The notes beneath the pieces were generated by a model that saw nothing but the letters and a program-made list of their open reading frames with translations, had not been told where the DNA came from and did no database searches. The translations under genes and the position numbers were made by a program. A DNA stretch of 64,000 bases from an uncultured Chloroflexia bacterium (GTDB lineage: Bacteria; Chloroflexota; Anaerolineae; CG2-30-64-16), in assembly GCA_963810095.1 (NCBI GenBank), contig CAWEMM010000007.1, positions 384,001 to 448,000 on the forward strand. Direction: 5' to 3'. Positions 19,684 to 29,269 of this stretch are shown here, piece after piece; within the stretch, counting starts at the first letter, position 1, and every line of letters begins with the position of its first letter.

Positions 19684-20355
19684 ATGCGCGGGCTGACAGC
19701 AGAGGAAATCCTGGACCTGGCGGAGAAACCGGGTTTCTTTGGCGAAGGCGCGTCGGTCGGGCGGACCGATTCAGCCTTGCTGCAGCTTCGCGCGGCCACC
19801 TTCGGCCCCACGCTTCAGTGTGCCGTCGACTGCCCGGCCTGCGGAGCGACGCTCGAGTTCGCCGTTGACGCCGGCCAACTGTTGGCGTCCGCGGCCGAGG
19901 AGCAGGCGTCGTACCGGTGGAGCGGATTGGGCGCGGAGGTCGAGTACCGCTTGCCGTCCTACGCCGACGTCACTTCTCTGGCCGGCTGTGCCGATGCGAA
20001 GGCAGCGCAGGCTGCGCTGTTCGCCCGGCTGGTGCTGACCGCGTCGCTCGACGGGCAGCGGATCGAAGCGCGGGCCCTGCCTCCCGAGGTCGTGGAGGCG
20101 GTGGACGCGGCCATGGCCGAGGCTGACCCGCAGGCCGAGACCGAGTTCCGGCTCGACTGCGGCGAGTGTGGGCATGGGTGGGTGGTCCCGTTTGATCCGG
20201 CCGCCTACTTCGAGCGCGAGCTGGCGCACGAGGCGCGGCGTTTGATGGCCGAGGTGCATGTTCTGGCCGGCGCATACGGCTGGCGCGAGCCGGATATCCT
20301 TGCACTGAGCCCCGGCCGGCGCCGCATTTACCTGGAATGGGTGCTGGGCTCATGA
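19684..20355 (+). CDS. eCIS-associated baseplate/hub assembly chaperone-like protein with two CxxC motifs
   Basis: CPACG and CGECG motifs, ADPQAE, EVHVLA.AYGW.E.DIL.L...RR..YL; follows the tube gene. Confidence 0.75.
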   Translation: MRGLTAEEILDLAEKPGFFGEGASVGRTDSALLQLRAATFGPTLQCAVDCPACGATLEFAVDAGQLLASAAEEQASYRWSGLGAEVEYRLPSYADVTSLAGCADAKAAQAALFARLVLTASLDGQRIEARALPPEVVEAVDAAMAEADPQAETEFRLDCGECGHGWVVPFDPAAYFERELAHEARRLMAEVHVLAGAYGWREPDILALSPGRRRIYLEWVLGS

Positions 20356-21014
20356 GTTACCTTGCGCATCTTGCCGCACGCGCCCTTGGCCTGAAGGGGG
20401 CGGCGATCCGCCCCGTGCTGGCGCCGTACTTCCTGCCCGTGGCCCCCGGGCGCCCGGCGCAGGGGGCGGAGGAACGTGGCGCGCCGCCGCAAGCACAGCC
20501 GGGCGTGCTGCCGCGAGATGGGGCGCTGCCGCCGCCGCAGGCGGCGGCAGCGCCCGCCGGGTTGCCTGGGGACCCGGTGGGTGACGGCGCACGGCTCATC
20601 CGCCCTCGCCGCGCACGTCGTGCAACCGCCCACTGTCGAACCGGCCCCGGCGGTTCCCCTTACCCCCCGGGACGAGGATGCGGCTGCGATTCGGCCCGTC
20701 CGGGAACCGGGGCACCCCGTGCCCGCGCCCCGGGCCGTCTCGGTGACGCCCGAGCGCAGCCCGCTAATGGCGGCCCGGCGCACCGTCGACGCCTTATATG
20801 CCGCGCCCGCCCGCCCCCGGGGCCGGCTCAGCCGGGCCCGGCCGAGCCGCCATCCGTCCATATCCACATCGGCCGGGTCGAGCTGCGAGCCGTGCCCGCG
20901 CCGCTCGGCCCACCCCAGCCCGCGGCGTCGGAAAGCGCCCGGCGTGTGGGCGAGCGCCGCGCCGGTTCCTCGCTCGAAGAGTACCTGGCGCGGCCGCACG
21001 GAGGTGGGTCATGA
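20352..21014 (+). CDS. Pro/Ala-rich eCIS hypothetical protein (possible compensating frameshifts in the middle)
   Basis: ATGA overlaps at both ends; MSYL..LAAR N-terminus and VHIHIGRVELRA...SLEEYL C-terminus; the middle looks more protein-like in the frame of ORF 20476..21243. Confidence 0.65.
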   Translation: MSYLAHLAARALGLKGAAIRPVLAPYFLPVAPGRPAQGAEERGAPPQAQPGVLPRDGALPPPQAAAAPAGLPGDPVGDGARLIRPRRARRATAHCRTGPGGSPYPPGRGCGCDSARPGTGAPRARAPGRLGDARAQPANGGPAHRRRLICRARPPPGPAQPGPAEPPSVHIHIGRVELRAVPAPLGPPQPAASESARRVGERRAGSSLEEYLARPHGGGS

Positions 21015-22311
21015 GCAACGCGCTCGCCATTGCAGCGGTTACGGCCGTCCTGCGCGACCTGCTCAACAACGGACTGGTCGAGGGCGACGTGCCCTCACAG
21101 GTCGGCGCGGTCCAGGTGACCGCCGTTCCTCCGAGCACGATCACGGTGGGGCAGGACGAGCCCGCCCGGCTCAACCTGTTCCTCTACCGCGTCACGCCAA
21201 ACCAGGGCTGGCGCAACGAGCGCCTGCCCTCGCGCTCTCCTGACGGCGCGCGCATGACCAACCCGGCCCTGGCGCTCGACCTGCATTACCTGCTGACCGC
21301 TTACGGCGGCGACGAGTTCGTGCCCGAAATCCTGCTCGGTTATGCCATGCAGCTGCTGCACGAGACGCCGTGCCTGACCCGGGATGCGATTCGTCAGGCG
21401 CTTGCGGCGCCTTCGCCCGTGGGCGGCGCAATCCTGCCGCCCGGCTTCAAGACCCTGGTCGCGGCCGACCTGGCCGACCAGGTAGAGCAGGTGAAGCTGA
21501 CGCCCGAAGCGCTGAGTATCGAGGACATGGGCAAGCTGTGGGGCGCGTTTGTCGCGCCCTACCGGCTCACCGCCGCCTATTCCGCCTCTGTCGTGCTCAT
21601 CGAGAGCCAGCGGTCGACCCGCAGCGCGCTGCCGGTGCTGAAGTACCGCAACTACGTGATCCCGCTGCTGCGCCCGACGATCACGGGCATCACGAGCGCT
21701 GCCCTGCCACCGGCCGATCCCCGCATTACGGCCGCGAGCACCGTGGTCATTTCGGGCGCAAACCTGCGCGGGCAGGTCACCCGCGTCCGCCTGGGCGAGT
21801 TCTTCGTCCCTGCTCCCAGCCTCGACGTGTCGGCCGACCGCATTGGCTTTCCGCTGGCCGGCATTGCCGGGCTTCGTGCGGGGGTGGTGCAGGTGCAGGT
21901 CGTCCACGAGCTGCTGATGGGCGAGCCCGACCCCGGCGTGGCCCACCGGGGCGTGGAGTCAAACCCGGGCGCGTTCGTCCTCCATCCGGCGATCACGGCT
22001 CCCGCCACCATTGCCGCGGGAGCAGGGTCCATCGCGATCGGTATCACGCCCGCGGTCGGCCCAGCCCAGCGGGTGACCCTGTACCTGGTGGAAAAGGGCG
22101 CGCCCGACGACCGGCCGGCTCGGGCGTACAGCTTTGCGGCGCCGAGCCAGAACGGCATCGCCTTACCCGCCACCGAGACCGCCTCGGTTGCCTTCCCGTT
22201 CGCCAACGTCGTCCCCGGCGACTACCTCGCCTACGTGCAGGTCGACGGTGCGGAGAGCCTTCTGGCTGTAGACGGGTCCGGGGTCCTCGCGTCGCCCGTG
22301 GTGACCGTCAC

Positions 22312-22315
<4 letters not shown>
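21011..22315 (+). CDS. DUF4255/Pvc16 (Afp16) cap/terminator protein with C-terminal IPT/Ig-like domains
   Basis: MSNALAIAAVT, LNLFLY.VTPN.GWRN, LALDLHYLLTAY, YRL.AAY.ASVVLI. Confidence 0.88.
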
Positions 22316-24083
<1,768 letters not shown>

Positions 24084-24087
<4 letters not shown>

Positions 24088-24374
24088 ATATCACGCTCGA
24101 GATCGACGAACTGGTGCTGCACGGCTTTCCCGCCGAGGCCCGCTACGCGCTGGCGGAGGCGCTGGAGCAGGAACTGCGCGAGTTGCTATCGCAGAGGGCG
24201 ACGAGGCCGCCCGGTCCTCGAACGCCGGGCAGATCTGTCCCGGATGGAGCGTCCGCAATGGGTGTCGACGGCTTGCCAACCGTGACCGTCGCTTTGCCGC
24301 CCGGTGCGACTCCGCAGCAGGCGGGCCGCCTCGCGGGCCGTGCGCTGTACGCGGCACTGGAGCAGGTCCGATGA
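24084..24374 (+). CDS. Small eCIS-associated hypothetical protein
   Basis: ATGA overlaps at both ends; I.LEIDELVLHGF...LAEALEQEL..LL pattern following the ATPase. Confidence 0.7.
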
Positions 24375-25795
24375 GCGGCCGGCAGATGGCGCAGACTCTT
24401 CCCGCGGGCCAGCGGGTCGATGGCGGGAGCCAGGGCGCGGGGAGCTCGCTCGTGACCCGTCCGCCCGAGCTTTCCCATCCATCCCCGGCGTTCGATTTCG
24501 GTAAGATCGGAATTGCTGGCGGGTCACAGGGTGGCGGCCAACAACAGCAGGTCGCCCAGGTTGCGGATATCACCTTCTCGACAGGGTCGCGCGAGGTGCA
24601 CGTCCCGCTGATGGGCATTGCGCAGGTGACCGCGCGCACCTCGCCGGCCAACGTCCCGAACATCACGTGGAGCCTGGCCGCGGGCACCGCCCAGGTGGCA
24701 TCGGCGACGGCCGTCAGCACGACCGGCGCAATCACGTTCGACCCCGCGCAAACGCCGGGCACGATCACGGTCAAGGCCGAGCAGGCGCTGCCCGGTGGCG
24801 CGACGGTTTTCGTAACCCGTGACCTGCGGTTGAGCTCGCACCCCAGCGGCATCGGCAGCACGTCGGACACGGGGGGCGCAGTGGCCGCGACGGATTACGG
24901 CAGCGTCTTCGACCACAGCTTCACCGCCGCGGCCGGGACTACGGCTGATATCGAGAACGTGCCGGTGGGCGAGAAGTTCCCGGCTCTGCCCAACCCCAAC
25001 GGCACGACGCATACGTTCGCGACACCCTTCGGCCAGCTTACGCTCAACACGAAGAACCTGGCCGCTACGCCGGGGAACGGTCTCAACTGGTTCGTCACGG
25101 GCGGGGGGTTGGGCGGCACGCACGACAACGTCACGATGGGCCGGGCGGGCATCAACCTCGGCAGTTTCCTCGCGAGCGCGTCGAACCCCACGCCGGCCAC
25201 GCCGCTCAGCGGCGCGACCTTTGACGCGGGCCAGGAGCTGCACTGGTTCTGCTGGCAGGACTCGAGCTGGCGCCTGGTCGCCCCCGTGACGCACCGGCGG
25301 GCGCTCATCAACCCGTCCAGCGGACCGAAGTTCCGGACGACCGTCAACGGCACGCCGCACGACGACGATTACACGGGCCATCCGGCCATCGTCCAGGCCA
25401 TGGCCAGCCCCGCCACCATCCCGCCTTCGGTTACGGGCCAGCCGGCGAGCACGTCGACCGTGAGCGCCACAACCTTCCCGGGCACGCTGCCCGCCGGCCA
25501 CAGCTTGCGCTTCAGCCTGCGGCCGCCGGCCCTGGGCTGCACGATCAACGCGACGACGGGCGTGCTGACCGCAGGCACGCAGACCGGCGTGGTGACGGTG
25601 CGAGTGCGCGACCTGGCGACGGCCAATCCCAATTTTGACGAGACGCAGGTAACAATCGCTGTGCCCCAGGCGCCCCCGCCGCAGCCGGTGCCTCCTACAA
25701 CGGGCGGCGCTGCAGTCGGGACGGGCACGACGCCCGAGATTCCGCCGGCGGACGTACCCGCTGAAACCACCGAGGAAGGGCGGCCCAACTCATGA
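24371..25795 (+). CDS. Uncharacterised Thr/Gly-rich protein with two Ig-like repeats; candidate eCIS cargo
   Basis: 474 aa, translationally coupled on both sides; N-terminal AFDFGKIGI motif; two similar beta-rich modules; no signal peptide. Confidence 0.7.
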   Translation: MSGRQMAQTLPAGQRVDGGSQGAGSSLVTRPPELSHPSPAFDFGKIGIAGGSQGGGQQQQVAQVADITFSTGSREVHVPLMGIAQVTARTSPANVPNITWSLAAGTAQVASATAVSTTGAITFDPAQTPGTITVKAEQALPGGATVFVTRDLRLSSHPSGIGSTSDTGGAVAATDYGSVFDHSFTAAAGTTADIENVPVGEKFPALPNPNGTTHTFATPFGQLTLNTKNLAATPGNGLNWFVTGGGLGGTHDNVTMGRAGINLGSFLASASNPTPATPLSGATFDAGQELHWFCWQDSSWRLVAPVTHRRALINPSSGPKFRTTVNGTPHDDDYTGHPAIVQAMASPATIPPSVTGQPASTSTVSATTFPGTLPAGHSLRFSLRPPALGCTINATTGVLTAGTQTGVVTVRVRDLATANPNFDETQVTIAVPQAPPPQPVPPTTGGAAVGTGTTPEIPPADVPAETTEEGRPNS

Positions 25796-26442
25796 CCACT
25801 TTTCCCAACTCGCCGCGGGTGCTCAAAGGCGGCATTGTCGTCGTCGACCCGGCGTCCGGGGTCGTCAAGCAGGTGATCCCGCTGCAGTACAACCCGGACA
25901 CGGTGACGCGCAGCCTGGCGCCCAAGGCCGCGGGCGAGGGCGCGACGCCGAGTGAAGCCTTGCGCCTGAAGGGCCCACCCGTCGAGACCATCCGGCTCGA
26001 GACCGCGATCGACGCGACCGACCAGCTGGCCGTTGGCGACAGCATCGCGACGGCCAGCGGCATCCAACCGCACCTGGCCGCGCTCGAGTTGCTCGTGTAC
26101 CCGAGCGCCGCGAACCTGGCCCAGAGCCACGCCAAGGAGCAGGCCGGCATTCTCGAGGTCGCCGCGCTGATCCCCGTGCTGACCCTCTTCGTGTGGAGCA
26201 AGTCACGCGTCATGCCGGTTCGCATTACCGACTTCTCCATCGTCGAAGAAGCCTTTGATCCCAACCTCAACCCGATTCGGGCGCGCGTCAGCATCAGTAT
26301 GCGGGTGCTGAGCATCGACGACCTGGGGTTCGCATCCAAGGGAGGGAGCCTCTACATGGCCTACCAACAGCAGAAGGAGCAGCTCGCCGGGCTCTTCCCG
26401 GCCGGCAAGCTCAGCACGCTTGGGCTGGGCGGTCTGCCGTGA
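25792..26442 (+). CDS. CIS tube-initiator-like protein (Afp7 N-domain-like)
   Basis: SPRVLKG, LQYNP.T..R.L, LF.W...R..PV.IT..SI.EEAFD..LNPIRA.V. Confidence 0.75.
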   Translation: MTTFPNSPRVLKGGIVVVDPASGVVKQVIPLQYNPDTVTRSLAPKAAGEGATPSEALRLKGPPVETIRLETAIDATDQLAVGDSIATASGIQPHLAALELLVYPSAANLAQSHAKEQAGILEVAALIPVLTLFVWSKSRVMPVRITDFSIVEEAFDPNLNPIRARVSISMRVLSIDDLGFASKGGSLYMAYQQQKEQLAGLFPAGKLSTLGLGGLP

Positions 26443-26816
26443 ACGGCCTGATCGACCCCCACGCCGCGCTGCAGGCGCTGATCTCGGGGACCGGGACGCA
26501 GTCCAGCCCGTTCGGCCCGACGAGCCGCTACGCGGGCATCGAGATTGCCAAGTGGACCCGGCCGGATGGGACCGAGGCGCCCTACCTGCGCCGGCGCTTC
26601 ATCCTCCCGCCCGAGGCGTACGCCTTGCTGCAGGAGCATACCGTCGTGCAGGGCGAGCGCCTCGACCTGCTGGCGGCCCGCTACCTGGGCGACCCCGAGC
26701 AGTTCTGGCGCATTTGCGATGCGAACGCGGCGCTCGACCCCGCCAGCCTCGAGATGCAGGGGGAAATCCTCCGCATCACGCTGCCCGCCGGGGTGCCCGG
26801 CGCGACGGTGGAGTAG
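26439..26816 (+). CDS. LysM/tail-X-like baseplate protein
   Basis: SRY, YLRRRF, HTVVQGERLDLLAARYLGDPEQFWRICDAN. Confidence 0.8.
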   Translation: MNGLIDPHAALQALISGTGTQSSPFGPTSRYAGIEIAKWTRPDGTEAPYLRRRFILPPEAYALLQEHTVVQGERLDLLAARYLGDPEQFWRICDANAALDPASLEMQGEILRITLPAGVPGATVE

Positions 26817-26820
26817 GCCG

Positions 26821-27949
26821 GTGCTGGGCGGGGTGAACCTGGCGCTGATGATCGGGCCGGCCGTGCCCGTGCCCGTACCGCAGGCGATCCTGGACGCGCT
26901 CGTCGAGGTCCAGGTCGTCACGACGGCGGGCGAGACCGCGAGCGGTTTCGAGCTGACCTTTGATCTTAGCAAGGATTCGCCGCTGCAGACGATCTTTCTG
27001 CTGAGCGGCGGCGCGTCGCTGCCGTTGGTTCGGGTGATCCTCACGGCTACGGTCAACGGCACGCCCGAGGTGCTGATCGACGGGATGATGACGCAGCACG
27101 AGACGACCGAGGGCAGCAAGCCGGGCATGTTCGGGCTCAAGATCAAGGGCAAGGACCTGACGACGGTGATGGATTACATCGACTTCAGCGGCATCCCGTA
27201 CCCGGCCATGCCCGAGTTCGCCCGGGTTGCGCTGATCCTGGCCAAGTATGCCGTGTTCGGCATCATTCCGCTGGTGATCCCGCCCATCCTGCTCGACGTC
27301 GAAATCCCGATCCAGCGCATTCCCATCCAGCGGGGCAAGGACCTGCCCTACATCAAGCAGTTGGCAGACCAGGTCGGCTACACGTTCTACCTGGAGCCGG
27401 GCCCCGCGCCGGGCATGAGCATTGCCTACTGGGGTCCCGAGATCCGCACGGGGCCGGCCCAGCCGAGCCTGAACCTTGACATGGACGCCGCGACGAACGT
27501 CGAGTCGCTGCGCTTCACGTTTAACAACGAGGAGCGCACGCTGCCCGTGTTGTTCATCCATGAGCCCATCACCCACGCGACGATCCCGATTCCCATCCCG
27601 AACATCAGCCTGCTCAAGCCGCCGCTCGGCCTGATCCCGCCGATCCCGAAGCGGATCGAGCCGCTGCGCGACACCTCGCACCTGAGCCCGATTGCGGCCG
27701 CACTGCGGGGCATCAACGCGGCAAGCCGCTCGAGTGACAGCGTCAGCGGCACGGGCTCGCTGGACGTGCTGCGCTACGGCCGCGTGCTCAAGGCGCGGCG
27801 GCTGGTGGGCGTACGGGGCGCGGGAGTGGCATTCGACGGCCTCTACTTCGTCAAGAGCGTGACCCATCGCATCTCGCGGGGGGTACAAGCAGAACTTTAC
27901 GCTGGTAAGGGATGGGTTGGTGTCGACCGTGCCGGCGGTGCCGGCGTGA
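26821..27949 (+). CDS. Baseplate hub / phage late control D-like protein (VgrG N-terminal equivalent); frameshift near 27880
   Basis: G.LDVLRYGRVL.AR.LVGVRGAG..FDGLY.VKSVTH; the expected end YKQNFTLVRDGL is in another frame with stop at 27947-27949. Confidence 0.75.
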
Positions 27950-27961
27950 GCGGAGTGTCTG

Positions 27962-28471
27962 ATGCCTGAAGGTCGCTACTACGGCAAGTACCGGGGTACG
28001 GTGGTGAACAACGTCGACCCTATGCAGCAGGGGCGCATCCAGTGCAGCGTGCCGGCCGTGTCCGACATTCTGAGCAACTGGGCGCTGCCGTGCGTGCCCA
28101 TCGTCGGGCGCCAGCAGGGCATTTTTGTCGTGCCCCAGGTCGGTGCGAATGTGTGGGTGGAATATGAGGCGGGCGACCCGCAGTACCCGATTTGGTCCGG
28201 CGGCTTCTGGGGCAGCGCGGCCGACGTGCCCGTGCTGGCGCTGGCGGGCGTGCCAGGCAACCCAAATATCGTGCTGCAGACGACGCTGCAGAACGCGATC
28301 GTGTTGAGCGACCTGCCCGGGCCGACCGGCGGCATCATGCTGAAGAGCCCGACCGGCGCGTCGATCATCGTCAACGACACCGGCATCTACATCCAGAACG
28401 GCAAGGGCGCGTCGATCGTGATGGTGGGGCCGGCCGTCACGGTCAACCAGGGCGCGCTGGTGGTGACCTGA
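27962..28471 (+). CDS. Baseplate assembly protein V / gp5 OB-fold spike
   Basis: YYGKYRG.V..N.DP...GR....VP, WA.PC.P, P.VG..VWVE.E.GD...PIW.G, followed by beta-helix repeats. Confidence 0.9.
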   Translation: MPEGRYYGKYRGTVVNNVDPMQQGRIQCSVPAVSDILSNWALPCVPIVGRQQGIFVVPQVGANVWVEYEAGDPQYPIWSGGFWGSAADVPVLALAGVPGNPNIVLQTTLQNAIVLSDLPGPTGGIMLKSPTGASIIVNDTGIYIQNGKGASIVMVGPAVTVNQGALVVT

Positions 28472-28472
28472 G

Positions 28473-28793
28473 ATGCCGGGCCCGCTGTTGCACGTAGGCG
28501 CTTCCGTGTTGTGCGCGCACGGTGGGCAGGCCCAGCCGACCGCGCCAAACCCGCGGGTGACGGTCAGCGGGATGCCTACGGTCACGCTGGCCGCGCCGTA
28601 CGTCGTAGCCGGCTGCCCGTTCAACGTCGGCGGCGGACCGAGCCCGTGCGTCACCGCGCAGTGGACCGTTGCCGCGACGCGCGTCTTCTCGAACGGCCAG
28701 CCGCTGGTGCTGATGGACAGCCAGGCGATCTGCACGCCAAACGGGACGCCGCTCGTGCCCGTCGCTGCACAGACACGGGTCATCGGGACGTAA
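28473..28793 (+). CDS. PAAR-like (DUF4280-type) spike tip
   Basis: CAHGG, GCP, PC and C cysteine pattern in a 106 aa protein directly after the spike gene. Confidence 0.8.
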   Translation: MPGPLLHVGASVLCAHGGQAQPTAPNPRVTVSGMPTVTLAAPYVVAGCPFNVGGGPSPCVTAQWTVAATRVFSNGQPLVLMDSQAICTPNGTPLVPVAAQTRVIGT

Positions 28794-28814
28794 GGGGGAT
28801 GCGGGTGACGGCTA

Positions 28815-28885
28815 ACCACAAAGACACGAAGGACCAAAGGAGCACAAAGCCTTCGTGAGACTTTGGTTCTTCGTGTCTTTGTGGT
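28815..28885. repeat. Palindromic intergenic element, family B copy 1
   Basis: 25-bp arms ACCACAAAGACACGAAGGACCAAAG / CTTTGGTTCTTCGTGTCTTTGTGGT (1 mismatch), 8-nt units ending in AAG. Confidence 0.88.
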
Positions 28886-28915
28886 GAACAGGCCGTTCGC
28901 ATAGGGAGGCCACTT

Positions 28916-29269
28916 ATGACTTACCTGGACTATCCCTACAACGTCGACGGGCGGGGGCGAACAGCCACGGCCGAGCGCGACGCGCACATCCGCGACCTGA
29001 TCGAGCAGGTGCTGTTCACCTCGCCCGGCGAGCGGGTTAACCGCCCCGATTTTGGCTGCGGCCTGCTGGCGCTCGTGTTCGCGCCCAACAGCGCAGAGCT
29101 TGCCGCGGCCAGCCAGTTCCTGGTGCAGGCGTCGCTGCAGCAGTGGCTGGGCGACGTGCTCGTGGTGGAGGGCGTGAGCGTGGAGGCGGCCGACAGCAGC
29201 CTGCGGGTGACCGTGCAGTACATCGTCAAGCGGACCGGCGAGCGCGAGATCGCGGAGTTCAGCCGATGA
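28916..29269 (+). CDS. GPW/gp25 family baseplate protein (Afp9-like)
   Basis: GGGAGG RBS; IEQVLFTSPGERVNRPDFGCGL..LVFAP. Confidence 0.93.
   Translation: MTYLDYPYNVDGRGRTATAERDAHIRDLIEQVLFTSPGERVNRPDFGCGLLALVFAPNSAELAAASQFLVQASLQQWLGDVLVVEGVSVEAADSSLRVTVQYIVKRTGEREIAEFSR

Noticed and set aside
21370-22311. N-terminal extension of the ATPase in the 905-aa ORF
   Set aside because: Overlaps the Pvc16 gene in another frame; the ATGA coupling at 22312 gives the likely true start.
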